This document shows, piece after piece, positions 23,704 through 33,717 of a DNA stretch of 64,000 nucleotides. Both the position numbers and the translations under genes were made by a program. Each line of letters starts with the position of its first letter. The stretch's first letter is position 1. Below the pieces are notes generated by a model that did not search any database, had not been told where the DNA came from, and saw only the letters and a list, made by a program, of their open reading frames with translations. The DNA comes from a candidate division FCPU426 bacterium (GTDB lineage Bacteria > Oederibacteriota > Muellerivitia > Muellerivitales > Muellerivitaceae), in assembly GCA_963796105.1 (NCBI GenBank), contig CAWCKJ010000007.1, forward strand, positions 134,662 to 198,661, written 5' to 3'.

Positions 23704-25911
23704 TTATCTGGGCTCGATCCTGCGGGCATTCGAGACGCCTTTGACTCTTTGGAGTTTCTTCAAGACCTTGTCCAGCTGGTCGGAGGAGGAAATGACGATG
23801 AGGAAATAACCCTGCGCCCATCCTCCATCCAGGGCTTTGGCGTTGGCTTCATTAATGATGACGCCCTCCTCGGAAATGGCCAGCAATAGATCGGCCAGGA
23901 GTTTTTCGCGGTTTTTGGCCTTCACTTCCAGCGCCACCTCGTACATCTGTCCCGCGTTTCCTTCCCAGGCCACCAGGATCTTGCGGCCCTCCCATTCGGG
24001 CAGCTGGAGGGTGTTGGGGCAGTCGTTGCGGTGGATGGAGACGCCCCTTCCCCGGGTTACATAACCCACGATGGGATCGCCCGGAACCGGCGTACAGCAC
24101 CTCGCGAACCGGATGAGGAAGTCCTTCTGGCCCCCGATGGAAATTCCTTTGACCGGGGCCGCGGAGCCTGGGGCCGCCTGGCCCGCTCCCCTGGTTTGCT
24201 TTGTCTCGGGGGCCTTCGCCTCGTTTTTTTCTCCCTTTAAGGCCGGCGCAGGAGGGTGAATCTTGGCCTCGATCTTGTTCAAGATCATTTTCGGGGATAT
24301 TTCCCCGTGGCCCGTGTTGGCCAGGAGCTCGTTGACCGTGTGGCACCCGAAAACATCCAGCATCCCCTCCAAAACCCCGGACTTGAGCGCCCCGTTGAAA
24401 TCCACATCCATTCGCTCGGCTTCCTTTTCCAGGAGGTTCTTGCCCTTGTCGATTTCATCGGATGAAAGATGGGTCCTGAACCAGTGCCGGATCTTGTTCT
24501 TGGCCCGGCTCGTAGTGACGATTTTCAGCCAGTCCCTGCTGGGCGTCCGGGAGGATTGGGTCAGGATTTCCAGGATGTCCCCGTTCTTGAGGACGTAACG
24601 CAACGGCACCATTTGCCCGTTCACCTTGACGCCCATGCAGTGGTTGCCCAGGTCCGTGTGGACCGTGAAGGCGAAATCCAGGGCGGTGGCGCCCTTGGGA
24701 AGCTCCTTGACCTCGCCCTTGGGCGTGAAAACGAACACCTCGTCGTCGAAGATGTCCACCTTCATGGCCTCGGAGAACTCGGTGGAATCTTTGATATCCT
24801 GCTGGAGGTCCAGCAACTGGCGCATCCAGGCGTATTTCTCGTCCTCCTTCTCGACGGTCCTGCCTTCCTTGTATATCCAGTGGGCCGCGATCCCCTCCTC
24901 CGCGGTTTGGTGCATGTCGTAGGTTCTGATCTGGATTTCCAGGGGCTGGCCGTTGGGTCCCATGACGGTCGTGTGCAGGCTCTGGTACCTGTTCCCTTTG
25001 GGTATGGCGATGTAGTCCTTGATGCGCCCGGGAAGGGGTTTCCAGATGGTATGAATGGTTCCCAGGGCGGCGTAGCATTCCTTGATGGTGGTGACCAGGA
25101 TCCGCACCGCCATCAAGTCGTAGATCTCGTCGAAACTTTTCTGCTGGGTGACCATTTTGTTGTAAATGCTGGCGAAATGCTTGGACCGGCCCTGGACCTG
25201 GGCGTGAATGCCGGCTTCCTTGAGCTTCCCCTCGATCAGGCTCTTGACATCCTCCAGCATGGTGTCCCGCTCGGTCCTCTTCATGGCGACTTTCTTGACC
25301 AGGTCGGCGTAAACGTCGGACTGCAGGTATCTCATGCAGAGGTCTTCCAGCTCGCTCTTCATCTTGGAAATCCCCAGCCTGTGGGCCAGGGGGGCGTAGA
25401 TATCGATGGTTTCCCTGGCGATCTTCTGCTGCCTCTCGGGGCTCAGGAATTCCAGCGTCCTCATATTGTGGGTGCGGTCGGCCAGCTTGATGAGGATGAC
25501 CCGGACGTCCTTGGCCATGGCCACCAGCATCTTGCGGGTGCTCTCGGCCTGGTGGAGGTTCGCGTCCTGGAATTTACGCTTGGAGATTTGGGTGACGCCC
25601 TCCACCAGATTGGCGATTTCCTCGGAGAATTCGGTCTTCAGCTGTTCGTAGGTGACCGGGGTGTCCTCCAGGACATCGTGCAAAAGGGCGGCGGCGATGG
25701 TGACGGAATCCATGTTGAGCGAGGCCAGGATATCCGCCACCTCCACCAGGTGGGTCAGGTAATCCTCGCCGGAGAGGCGCTTTTGGCCCTCGTGGGCCTT
25801 CTTGGCGAAATCAAAGGCTTTTTGGATGAGGGCCTTGTCCAGGGAGGTTTCTGGCGTGGTGGCGCCTTGTTGGTTTTGGGAATATTTATCGAGTATCGCT
25901 CGGATAACCAT
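23704..25911 (-). CDS. relA: Bifunctional (p)ppGpp synthetase/hydrolase (Rel/SpoT)
   Basis: Intact HD motif (LLHDVLED), KLADRTHNMRTL, YQSLHT, TGS and ACT domains. Confidence 0.95.
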   Translation of the reverse strand: MVIRAILDKYSQNQQGATTPETSLDKALIQKAFDFAKKAHEGQKRLSGEDYLTHLVEVADILASLNMDSVTIAAALLHDVLEDTPVTYEQLKTEFSEEIANLVEGVTQISKRKFQDANLHQAESTRKMLVAMAKDVRVILIKLADRTHNMRTLEFLSPERQQKIARETIDIYAPLAHRLGISKMKSELEDLCMRYLQSDVYADLVKKVAMKRTERDTMLEDVKSLIEGKLKEAGIHAQVQGRSKHFASIYNKMVTQQKSFDEIYDLMAVRILVTTIKECYAALGTIHTIWKPLPGRIKDYIAIPKGNRYQSLHTTVMGPNGQPLEIQIRTYDMHQTAEEGIAAHWIYKEGRTVEKEDEKYAWMRQLLDLQQDIKDSTEFSEAMKVDIFDDEVFVFTPKGEVKELPKGATALDFAFTVHTDLGNHCMGVKVNGQMVPLRYVLKNGDILEILTQSSRTPSRDWLKIVTTSRAKNKIRHWFRTHLSSDEIDKGKNLLEKEAERMDVDFNGALKSGVLEGMLDVFGCHTVNELLANTGHGEISPKMILNKIEAKIHPPAPALKGEKNEAKAPETKQTRGAGQAAPGSAAPVKGISIGGQKDFLIRFARCCTPVPGDPIVGYVTRGRGVSIHRNDCPNTLQLPEWEGRKILVAWEGNAGQMYEVALEVKAKNREKLLADLLLAISEEGVIINEANAKALDGGWAQGYFLIVISSSDQLDKVLKKLQRVKGVSNARRIEPR

Positions 25912-25996
25912 TGCGCTGCCCTTGGGAAGAGAGATTCAATTTGATTTCGAGTTTAGTTCGTTTAATTTAACACCCGGAGACAACTGAAACAATCGC

Positions 25997-27790
25997 TCAA
26001 GGCTTTGAGTTCTCGAGAGCCTGGATTTTCCCATTGATTTCAGCGGCCTTTACCGTGTCGCCCTGCTTTTGGTAAGCGTCCGCTAGCCGTGACAAATACA
26101 TATCCGCGTTGTCCCGTTGGCCCTGCAGGTAGGAGACCATCGCCAAATTGTTCAAGGCCAGCTCATGGCTGGGCGTGATCGCCAATGCCTTCTCCCCGGC
26201 TTCCTGGGCCTCGGCCCATTTTTTTTGTTTTCCGTAATACATGCAGAGGCTGGCCCTGGCGTCGGCGTCATAGGGAAAGGATTTGATTTCCTGGGTGATG
26301 GTTTGGACCGCCGCCTCCTCCCGGCCCAGGTCATCCAAAAGGATGGCTTTTTGTTTTAGGACGCGGGAATCGAGGTAATTAAAGCAGGCCTCGGACGGGG
26401 AAAAGTCCAAAAGTTTCAATGCCGGGTCATATTGCTGGGTGTTGGTGAGGTCGATGGCTTTATGCAGGCGCGCGTTTTGGGCCCCAACCAGGAAGGCTTG
26501 GCCGCAAGCAAAAAGCAGGATCAACGCCGCCGCCCATTTCCTTATTCCCTCTGGTTTTGGTGAAAAAGATTCCATGGGTTTTAATTCCCAACTTGGATTG
26601 AATATCAGCGCCATGGCGCAGGATGTCGGCACCACCGACATGGGAAAATCAAAGAGGGAAAGGACGCCCATCCCCGCCATCAGGGCCAAATCGCTCCTGG
26701 AAAAAGGTTCACCCGAAGTTCGAATTCTCCTCAGGACCAAGCCCCACAAGAAAATGCCCCCAAAGATGAATCCGGCTAATCCCCTCTCGGCCAGAACCTC
26801 CAGGTATTCCTCATGAGCGTGGTATGAGGTCCAATAGGGCCTCTGGGGTTCTTTTTGGCTTATCTGGGATTGGATACGGTGGAAATGGTTGGCGTAGCCC
26901 CCAGGTCCCTGGCCCAGCCAGGGTTTTTCCTTCCATTGATCCCAAGCCACCCGCCACATGAAATAACGCCCCTGGGCGTCGGCGCTTTGGACGTGGAAAA
27001 CTGACTCCGCCCTTTCCCTTAAGGAAGGAATCCCGAGGATGATGAGGAGAAACCCGATCGCGCAGATCATCGCCCATCTCCAAAGGTTGTTCTTCTTCCA
27101 AAACAACAAGGTGTAAACAGCCGCTTCCGCCATAAAACCCAGCCAGGCTCCCCTGGTCTTGACGGCCAGGAGGCTGATTAGTAAAACAATCAAACAGGTT
27201 ATCCAAAGCGCCTTTTCTTTTTTATCCTTGGAGGAGAGGAGAAGTTGCAGAGCGCAGGGTATGGAAAGCAATACCTGCCCCGCCCAGAAAATCGGGTTTC
27301 CCAGGGTTGAGAAACCCCTCCCCCCGAAATTCCTGTCCCATCCGCTCAGGTCCAGGCCCAGGACTTGGAATAAGGCGTAGAGGGAGCAAATAACGGTGGA
27401 AGCCGTGATAAAAGCCAGGAGTTTCCTTTTATCCATGTATTGGCCGATGGGAGCCAGGAATAGGAAAGCCGAAAGAACCCAAAGGTAATTCTGGGTCGGA
27501 AAAAAGAAAGTGACATCCCGAAATTCACGGATGAAGGAATAGATTCCCAAAGCTATAAATGCCAAAAAGCTGAGGTAAATCAAACGGTTATTAGTTACTG
27601 GTACCCTCCAGCTTGAGGATGGGAGGGCTAGATATAGGAAGGATCCGGCGAAAAGGGTCAGCAAGGCCTGGGTCAGCTCAAAGCCGTCTTCCAGGGAAAT
27701 GGAAAAGGTAAGAGGAACGGTGAAAACAATGAATAGGACCGCCAGGGCGGCGGCCCTTGGGCGGGCCTGACCCGGAATTGAAGATGCCAT
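25997..27790 (-). CDS. O-antigen ligase-family membrane protein with TPRs
   Basis: STLGNP, TRGAW, PWLGQGPG, HAHEEYLE; TPR C-terminus. Confidence 0.85.
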   Translation of the reverse strand: MASSIPGQARPRAAALAVLFIVFTVPLTFSISLEDGFELTQALLTLFAGSFLYLALPSSSWRVPVTNNRLIYLSFLAFIALGIYSFIREFRDVTFFFPTQNYLWVLSAFLFLAPIGQYMDKRKLLAFITASTVICSLYALFQVLGLDLSGWDRNFGGRGFSTLGNPIFWAGQVLLSIPCALQLLLSSKDKKEKALWITCLIVLLISLLAVKTRGAWLGFMAEAAVYTLLFWKKNNLWRWAMICAIGFLLIILGIPSLRERAESVFHVQSADAQGRYFMWRVAWDQWKEKPWLGQGPGGYANHFHRIQSQISQKEPQRPYWTSYHAHEEYLEVLAERGLAGFIFGGIFLWGLVLRRIRTSGEPFSRSDLALMAGMGVLSLFDFPMSVVPTSCAMALIFNPSWELKPMESFSPKPEGIRKWAAALILLFACGQAFLVGAQNARLHKAIDLTNTQQYDPALKLLDFSPSEACFNYLDSRVLKQKAILLDDLGREEAAVQTITQEIKSFPYDADARASLCMYYGKQKKWAEAQEAGEKALAITPSHELALNNLAMVSYLQGQRDNADMYLSRLADAYQKQGDTVKAAEINGKIQALENSKP

Positions 27791-27812
27791 TCCCTTCCCC
27801 TTTTGACTGCCC

Positions 27813-28217
27813 TTAAAGCGGATAAATTTCCAAGTCTAATCGCCCGAAATGACGCCGATTGAAAGTACCGACACTTGCCCCTTCTCTGACCGCGCTGACC
27901 GCGATATAGGCATCGGCAAACTCAATCCCGGCATTTTTGGCCAAATCCAGGGCCTCAGTAACTAACATGGCATCGGTTATTTTAAGACCTGGCATTGCGA
28001 CAATAGCCGCCAAGACTTCCAAGACTTTTTCATTGGGTTGGCGATAGGCGGTTCTTAGAGTCCAAGCCACTTCAAAAAGAACGGGAGGACCCGCAAGGGC
28101 CTGAAGGCGGCCTTCCGTAACCTTGCGGAAGAAAGAAACAGCCTTTTGGTGGTGGGTTTCGTCATCACTCGTGAAAAACCGCAGGAAAAGAATCGAATCC
28201 ACAAAAACCGGTTTCAT
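27813..28217 (-). CDS. vapC: PIN-domain toxin (VapC-like)
   Basis: VFVDSILFLRF...EVAW...FADAYI; ATG overlaps the antitoxin stop. Confidence 0.85.
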   Translation of the reverse strand: MKPVFVDSILFLRFFTSDDETHHQKAVSFFRKVTEGRLQALAGPPVLFEVAWTLRTAYRQPNEKVLEVLAAIVAMPGLKITDAMLVTEALDLAKNAGIEFADAYIAVSAVREGASVGTFNRRHFGRLDLEIYPL

Positions 28218-28456
28218 TTACCCCGGCCTTTTACATGGGCCGCTACGCCTTTCTTCATTAGTTCCCGCTCTTCCCGGGCGTAAAGGGCTTTGCCGGCAAA
28301 TCCCTCATATTCGAAAAAATCCTTGGCCTTCCGGATAACAATAGAGTTTCCCTGAGTTTCCAACACGATTTTCTCTGAAATACCTATCCCTAGTTTTTTC
28401 CTCATTCCCGCTGGCAGTGTAATCTGCCCTTTTGAAGAAACCGTTGCCGTGACCAT
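28214..28456 (-). CDS. AbrB/MazE-fold antitoxin
   Basis: ATVSSKGQITLPAGMRKKLGI. Confidence 0.9.
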   Translation of the reverse strand: MVTATVSSKGQITLPAGMRKKLGIGISEKIVLETQGNSIVIRKAKDFFEYEGFAGKALYAREERELMKKGVAAHVKGRGK

Positions 28457-28470
28457 ACCGCACCTCCATC

Positions 28471-28501
28471 AAAAGTAAAGCATATATTTAAAAGTAAAGC
28501 A
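28471..28501. promoter_or_regulatory. 12-bp direct repeat over the TA promoter region (putative autoregulatory operator)
   Basis: AAAAGTAAAGCA at 28471-28482 and 28490-28501. Confidence 0.45.
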
Positions 28502-28588
28502 ATATTAAATTCGCTTTGATTGTTTCCCGTTTTTCGATCCATCATGAACGCCCAAGACCAGTGCAGCCTCCAACTCAATCGTTGAATA

Positions 28589-29038
28589 TCAGGCCCCACT
28601 TAACCCTCCAAGCTCTAAAACCTCCAAAAGTTCCGTAAATTCCGTTTCGAGAAACACCCTGGGTGAGACGACTCGTATATTTTTAATCCTCCCAAGCACC
28701 AGCAAATCCTGGTCCCCCGTAGCGAGATAATCGACCCCTGTTCCAGCTGATAGAGAGCATAGGAATTGGTCATGAGCATCCCTTAACCTCGGAACTGAAA
28801 CGGGGGTTTCCTTGCCTGGCAAGGTGAAGCTCATCAAGTCGCGTACAAGTACTTCAATCTGCGCCTCAGTCAAGCGGAAATTCTTGCCTTTCAAAGTTCG
28901 GGAAAATTCACTGAAAATATTAGGGGAAGCGTAAAGGGCCAGGACATCATGCCGGGCCAGGTTGAGGACCATCCGGTTTAAACCAGGCCAGAATATCCCG
29001 GAGATATAGACATTGGTATCGGCAACCACCCGGATCAA
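28589..29038 (-). CDS. PIN-family putative toxin
   Basis: IRVVADTNVYISG...RDAHD...YLATGDQDLL; TTG start overlaps the upstream TGA. Confidence 0.85.
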   Translation of the reverse strand: MIRVVADTNVYISGIFWPGLNRMVLNLARHDVLALYASPNIFSEFSRTLKGKNFRLTEAQIEVLVRDLMSFTLPGKETPVSVPRLRDAHDQFLCSLSAGTGVDYLATGDQDLLVLGRIKNIRVVSPRVFLETEFTELLEVLELGGLSGA

Positions 29039-29319
29039 AGACTGCGGCTTTCCCTGACCAGGCGGATCACGTCTGCTTCCTTGAGGTGTGAAAAGCCCTT
29101 CTTCTTGGAAAGTGTCTCGGCCCAACGGTAGAAATTCTTGGAACTGTTTTTTTCCGAAACACCTTTTTGCTTGAGAAACGATCCCAGGGATTCCTCGATG
29201 ACTTGCCCCAGCGTCTTATCCTGTTCTCGGCTGTATTTTTTGGCCTGCCGTAGCAGTTCCCGATCCAAGCGTAACGTCGTTTTGAGATAAGATTCCATGG
29301 CGCCCTCCATGATTGCCAT
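29035..29319 (-). CDS. RHH-like antitoxin
   Basis: KTTLRLDRELLRQAKKYS...LGQVIEESL; coupled to the PIN gene; real start may be the MESYLK ATG. Confidence 0.75.
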   Translation of the reverse strand: MAIMEGAMESYLKTTLRLDRELLRQAKKYSREQDKTLGQVIEESLGSFLKQKGVSEKNSSKNFYRWAETLSKKKGFSHLKEADVIRLVRESRSL

Positions 29320-29399
29320 ATTGACGGCTAGGATTCAAAAGGAGAGGTTATGAAAAGCCTGGATGTTTAAAATGTAAATTCTGAACCTAGAGAATTAGC

Positions 29400-30215
29400 T
29401 CACTTAGGTTCTTGAAGTTTTCCGCCTTTTAAGAAGTCCTCGGGGCTCAATTGGAAAATGGCGTCCATCAGGTTCATCCGGAACCGCCCGATTCCCTCGT
29501 TGCCGCCTAGGCCCTGGTGGGCCTTTTCCCCCGCCAAGCCCATGGCCATGATGCCGGCGCAGGAAGCCAGGTAGTAATCCTTCGTCACCCCCATGAAGCA
29601 CCCGATCAGGGAGCTGGCCATGCATCCTGTGCCTGTGACATGGGCTAGAAGCTTGTGGCCGTTGTCGATGAGGGCGGTTCTGGTTCCGTCCGTGATGACG
29701 TCACGGGCGCCGGTGATGGCGACCGTACAGTGGTATTTCTTGGCCAGGGAAACGGCGATATCCCTGCCACCCGAGGAATCATCGGTTGAATCCACGCCCC
29801 TGGTCGTCCCAGCGGAACCGGCCAAGGTCTTGATCTCCGACATATTGCCCCGAAGCACGGCCAGCTTGATTTCTGCGAGGAATCGCTCAGCGGTTTTTGT
29901 TCTCAAGGAAGTCGCGCCAGCACCCACCGGGTCCAAAAGGACCGGAACACCCATTTCGTTGGCTTTTTTACCTGCCGTGAACATCGAAGGAATGGTTCTC
30001 TCATTGAGCGTCCCGATATTAATGACCAAGGAGGAGGCGATCTTTACCATTTCAGAAACTTCCCCGGAATCATCCGCCATCACGGGAGACCCCCCCAGGG
30101 CCAGGACGATGTTGGCGCAGTCGTTGGCTGTGACGTAATTGGTCAGGTGGTGAACGAGCAGCTTCTTGGCTTTGACCTCATTGAGCAACTGGGCGATTTG
30201 TTTGATGCTTTCCAT
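29400..30215 (-). CDS. thiM: Hydroxyethylthiazole kinase
   Basis: LVHHLTNYVTANDCAN, LVINIGTL, LDPVGAGAT, RGNMSEI, VTGTGC. Confidence 0.95.
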   Translation of the reverse strand: MESIKQIAQLLNEVKAKKLLVHHLTNYVTANDCANIVLALGGSPVMADDSGEVSEMVKIASSLVINIGTLNERTIPSMFTAGKKANEMGVPVLLDPVGAGATSLRTKTAERFLAEIKLAVLRGNMSEIKTLAGSAGTTRGVDSTDDSSGGRDIAVSLAKKYHCTVAITGARDVITDGTRTALIDNGHKLLAHVTGTGCMASSLIGCFMGVTKDYYLASCAGIMAMGLAGEKAHQGLGGNEGIGRFRMNLMDAIFQLSPEDFLKGGKLQEPK

Positions 30216-30917
30216 TTGAATACTCCTGAATTTGTTTCGTGCATTATGGTAAAGGGAGTCCCTATTTTCCAGACTTTATGCACTAAATCTCCGGAAAGTT
30301 TTTTTGTAATGGGTCTTTAAGCTGATTGAAATAACCGAGAAGAGGTTCAGGAATCACGAATTAATCAATCTATGCCAAATGGGAAGATGCATATTGGGAA
30401 AGTACAAACCTGTTTGGTTTGGTTCATCAGTTTTAGGAATAGGTCAAGTAATGGATAACGTGGCCCAATAGGGTTCATTAATCGGCAACCAAAAGTCCAC
30501 AAGTCCGCCGCCGTCAACGCCTCGGCTGATTACGCAGCTTTTACTACCGGGAGGATATTTTAATAATTAAACTTTATGGAATTTTTGAAATTCTTCGCGA
30601 AAGTGAACTTTTCTTATGATCCACCGGATTATGGTTTTTCAATATCAAAAATCTCTTCGAAGAAATTAAAATGGCATAAAGCCAATTTTTAATTGGATCC
30701 TATCAGATAAGAATGACCCAAATTACCACCCCTAACTCTCATGCCAGCTTTCAATCTACATATTAAGGTGGCATCTGTTCCATAGCTTCAACCAAGGCGC
30801 TTGATATGGCAACGCCGGTTTCACCGTGAAACCGGCCGTGCGCAATACCAATCCGAACTTGTTTTCCCGACTAATCGGCAATTATATTTTCCCGATTAGG
30901 GTTTTCATTTAATTCTT

Positions 30918-31937
30918 CTAAAATTTAATCTTATCGATTTGGGCCTTGACCTTTTCAACCAATGAATCCGGCAAGGGAGCGTAATATAAGTCCGCCGCCA
31001 TGCTTTCCCCCTCCGATAAATACCAGGCCAGGAAATCCGTAATGGCCTTTCCATTCCCGGCGTTCGAGATTGCTTTCGGAATCAATAGCCAGGTGAAACC
31101 GCATATGGGATATGCGCTCTCGCCGCCCGCGTTGGTAATCATCACGCGGAAATCTTTCGGCATGTGCTTAAGCGCGCCAGCGGCCGCCGCGGTGGTGGAG
31201 GCCAGGGACGGGTCCACGTAAACACCCGCCTTGTTTTTCATGGACGCATAGGGCAGCTTGTTCTTGACCGCGTAGGCCAGTTCCACGTACCCGATGGTCC
31301 CTGGAATCTGCTGGATCAAGCCCGCCACACCCTCATTGCCCTTGCCCCCGACGCCTACCGGCCATTTCACCGATGTGCCAAAACCCACGCTGGAGGCCCA
31401 CTTGGTGCTGACCTTGGTGAGATAATTGGTAAAAATGTTGGTGGTTCCGCTGCCATCCGAGCGGTGCGCCACGGTGATGACGGTATCCGGAAGGGCCGCC
31501 CCGGAATTCAACTCGGCAATGGCTGGGTCGTTCCATTTCGTGATGGCGCCGCTGTAGATCCCCACCAAAACCTCGGAGTTCAACTTCAGTTTTTCCACCC
31601 CAGGGACGTTATAGGAGATGGCCACGGCACCCGCCACGGTCGGGAAATGCAGGACCCCCCCGCTTATTTTCCCCATTTGCTCGTCCGATAAGAATGCGTC
31701 GGAAGCGCCGAAATCCACTGTTCCGTTCGTCAACTGCTGGATTCCCCCCCCTGAGCCTATGGAGGCGTAATTAATCTGCACGCCGGTCTTCTTGTTGTAC
31801 TCGTAGAACCATTTGGAATAGATGGGATAGGGAAAAGTGGCCCCCGCCCCATTCAAGGATGCCGCCGCGGCTTTCCCCCCTCCAAACAACGTGGCGCCCA
31901 TGAGCGCCGCTGCCAGAAACCTCGAAAATTTGTTCAT
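30918..31937 (-). CDS. pstS: Phosphate ABC transporter substrate-binding protein
   Basis: GAGATFPYP, IGSGGG, DFGASD, HRSDGSGTT, GKGNEGVA, YPI. Confidence 0.95.
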   Translation of the reverse strand: MNKFSRFLAAALMGATLFGGGKAAAASLNGAGATFPYPIYSKWFYEYNKKTGVQINYASIGSGGGIQQLTNGTVDFGASDAFLSDEQMGKISGGVLHFPTVAGAVAISYNVPGVEKLKLNSEVLVGIYSGAITKWNDPAIAELNSGAALPDTVITVAHRSDGSGTTNIFTNYLTKVSTKWASSVGFGTSVKWPVGVGGKGNEGVAGLIQQIPGTIGYVELAYAVKNKLPYASMKNKAGVYVDPSLASTTAAAAGALKHMPKDFRVMITNAGGESAYPICGFTWLLIPKAISNAGNGKAITDFLAWYLSEGESMAADLYYAPLPDSLVEKVKAQIDKIKF

Positions 31938-32122
31938 TACTTTCTCCTTTTATTTTACTTTGCCTCATCCAAGCCCGAGAGATCCCCCCCTAAAATCCCC
32001 CTGAGCCCCCCTTTGGGCGGGGGGCTAGGAGGGGAGAGGGGGTCGGCCCGGTTCCCTGATTGCCGGGCGGCCCCTTGGAATGATTTCCATCAGACAGGGA
32101 TTACTCCAAATATTCGTTAATA

Positions 32123-33505
32123 CTAGAAACGGTACCAACTGCTCATCAGGACGCGGTTGTCATAGGCGATGTTATCCAGGCCCTTCCCTGTGTTATAGGG
32201 AGCCAGGTAATGGGTTTGCGCGAAGTCGTACTCAATGGCCACGCGGACCTCGTTGGTGACGTCCTGCATGATATTGGCGATAAAATTGTTGTCATCGTTG
32301 TAGCTTGCTCCCGTAAAGGTCCCGATATTGTCGGAATACACTTCCCCATAAGCGCCGGTCACGTAGGTCCCCCAACTCTTGGGAAAATGGAACTGCAATT
32401 GCGCGTTCCAGCTTTGCGCGTCGATCAGGCCAAATGTTCCGCCCACGGTCTTGAAGCCGGCGATACCGCTGTCAGCGATCACCTCGTTGCCGGCCGCGGT
32501 CACCGGAGTGGCCCCGCCCGACCAACCATTAAGCTCGTCACCTGCCCCCTTGCTCATCGTGCATTCACCCGCGATCACCAGGCTGCAATCATCATTGTCC
32601 GTGGCAGGAAGGACCGGAATCATGGCGTCCACCGCCACCCCAGAGCCCTCGTAATTGGTGTTGGTCCAGTTGTTGGCGGCCGTCGCGCCGTCGGCGTAAT
32701 TGCGGATGGTTCCGGAGATGCCTAGGCTCAGGGGGACGATCTTCGTAGCGCCAGTGGCGTAGGAGAAAGCTCCTTTCCAGTCGCTCAACAGGAATCGGAT
32801 ACCCCCGTTGAAATTAGGGTAAGCGGAAAGGGATTCTTCCGGGCGTTCCGCATCAACGGCGATCTGCACCTGGAAATCGTCGCCCAAGGTCTTCATGACG
32901 CCCAAGCGGGGGGTTCTCTCATAGAAAGTCCCCATCACCGGCTGGGGTTGGACGGAAGCGATGACATAGTCCATGTTCCAGCCGAAAAGGGTCCAATATT
33001 GCCCGGCCATGATGTCCCAACCGTCCTTCAAGGCTTCAAGGTAGGCGTGCCGGATACGGAATGTCGGCGCGACATACAAGTTGGACTCGGCGGTGTTGGA
33101 GGCCCCCAAAAAGTCGCCCTCGACATAGCCTTTTGTCAGCCATCCCCCCACTGTATCCTTGGCCAGGAAATCCACCCGGCTGTTGCGCAGGGAGAATTGT
33201 GTCTGCTCCGACTGGCCTGCCAGAGTCCCCTGCTTGGCGAGTGCCTTGTTGGAGATGTACTCGTTCATCCCGGTGGTCTCGGAGTCGGTGATGTAGTCCG
33301 ACTCGGCGAATCCGTGGATTTCAATCTGAGCTCCCTGTTTTTTCTCCACATCCGCCAAACGGTTCGTCATGGAACCCAGGGCTGTATTCATATCCTCCAT
33401 CATGTAGCTGGAACCAGCCGCTTCGTCATCGGCGTAAACCGCGGTGCTCAGGGCCGCCGCGAACGTTCCGGCCGTCAAAAGCGCCAACCATAAAAAGCGT
33501 CTCAT
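32123..33505 (-). CDS. Outer-membrane porin-like beta-barrel (probably for phosphate uptake)
   Basis: Signal peptide, N-terminal coiled coil, FRIRHAY, GQYWTLF, C-terminal YRF; upstream of pstS. Confidence 0.7.
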   Translation of the reverse strand: MRRFLWLALLTAGTFAAALSTAVYADDEAAGSSYMMEDMNTALGSMTNRLADVEKKQGAQIEIHGFAESDYITDSETTGMNEYISNKALAKQGTLAGQSEQTQFSLRNSRVDFLAKDTVGGWLTKGYVEGDFLGASNTAESNLYVAPTFRIRHAYLEALKDGWDIMAGQYWTLFGWNMDYVIASVQPQPVMGTFYERTPRLGVMKTLGDDFQVQIAVDAERPEESLSAYPNFNGGIRFLLSDWKGAFSYATGATKIVPLSLGISGTIRNYADGATAANNWTNTNYEGSGVAVDAMIPVLPATDNDDCSLVIAGECTMSKGAGDELNGWSGGATPVTAAGNEVIADSGIAGFKTVGGTFGLIDAQSWNAQLQFHFPKSWGTYVTGAYGEVYSDNIGTFTGASYNDDNNFIANIMQDVTNEVRVAIEYDFAQTHYLAPYNTGKGLDNIAYDNRVLMSSWYRF

Positions 33506-33627
33506 AACCCCTCCTCAAATTTTTAATTTTTACAGCTTTAGAAACACCAAATCATCCCGATGATCGGAGGCAACAAGGTTTCTCCCTCATCGTGCGGAGA
33601 TTTTTAATCTTTATCGGGATTCGGAGT

Positions 33628-33667
33628 GTTATTTTTTGATTTCTACAATGTTACGAGGAGGTAACAG
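33628..33667 (-). promoter_or_regulatory. Putative Pho-box array upstream of porin-pstS
   Basis: Heptamers CTGTTAC, TCGTAAC, TAGAAAT, AAATAAC at exact 11-bp periodicity. Confidence 0.45.
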
Positions 33668-33717
33668 GAGGCGGGAAACGGGAAGATTTGGAAGGAAGGC
33701 TGGGGGATCTAGGAGGA

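Noticed and set aside
30216..30917. TPP riboswitch upstream of thiM
   Set aside because: Could not find the CUGAGA and CUGAU...AAUGC...GGGA core on the minus strand
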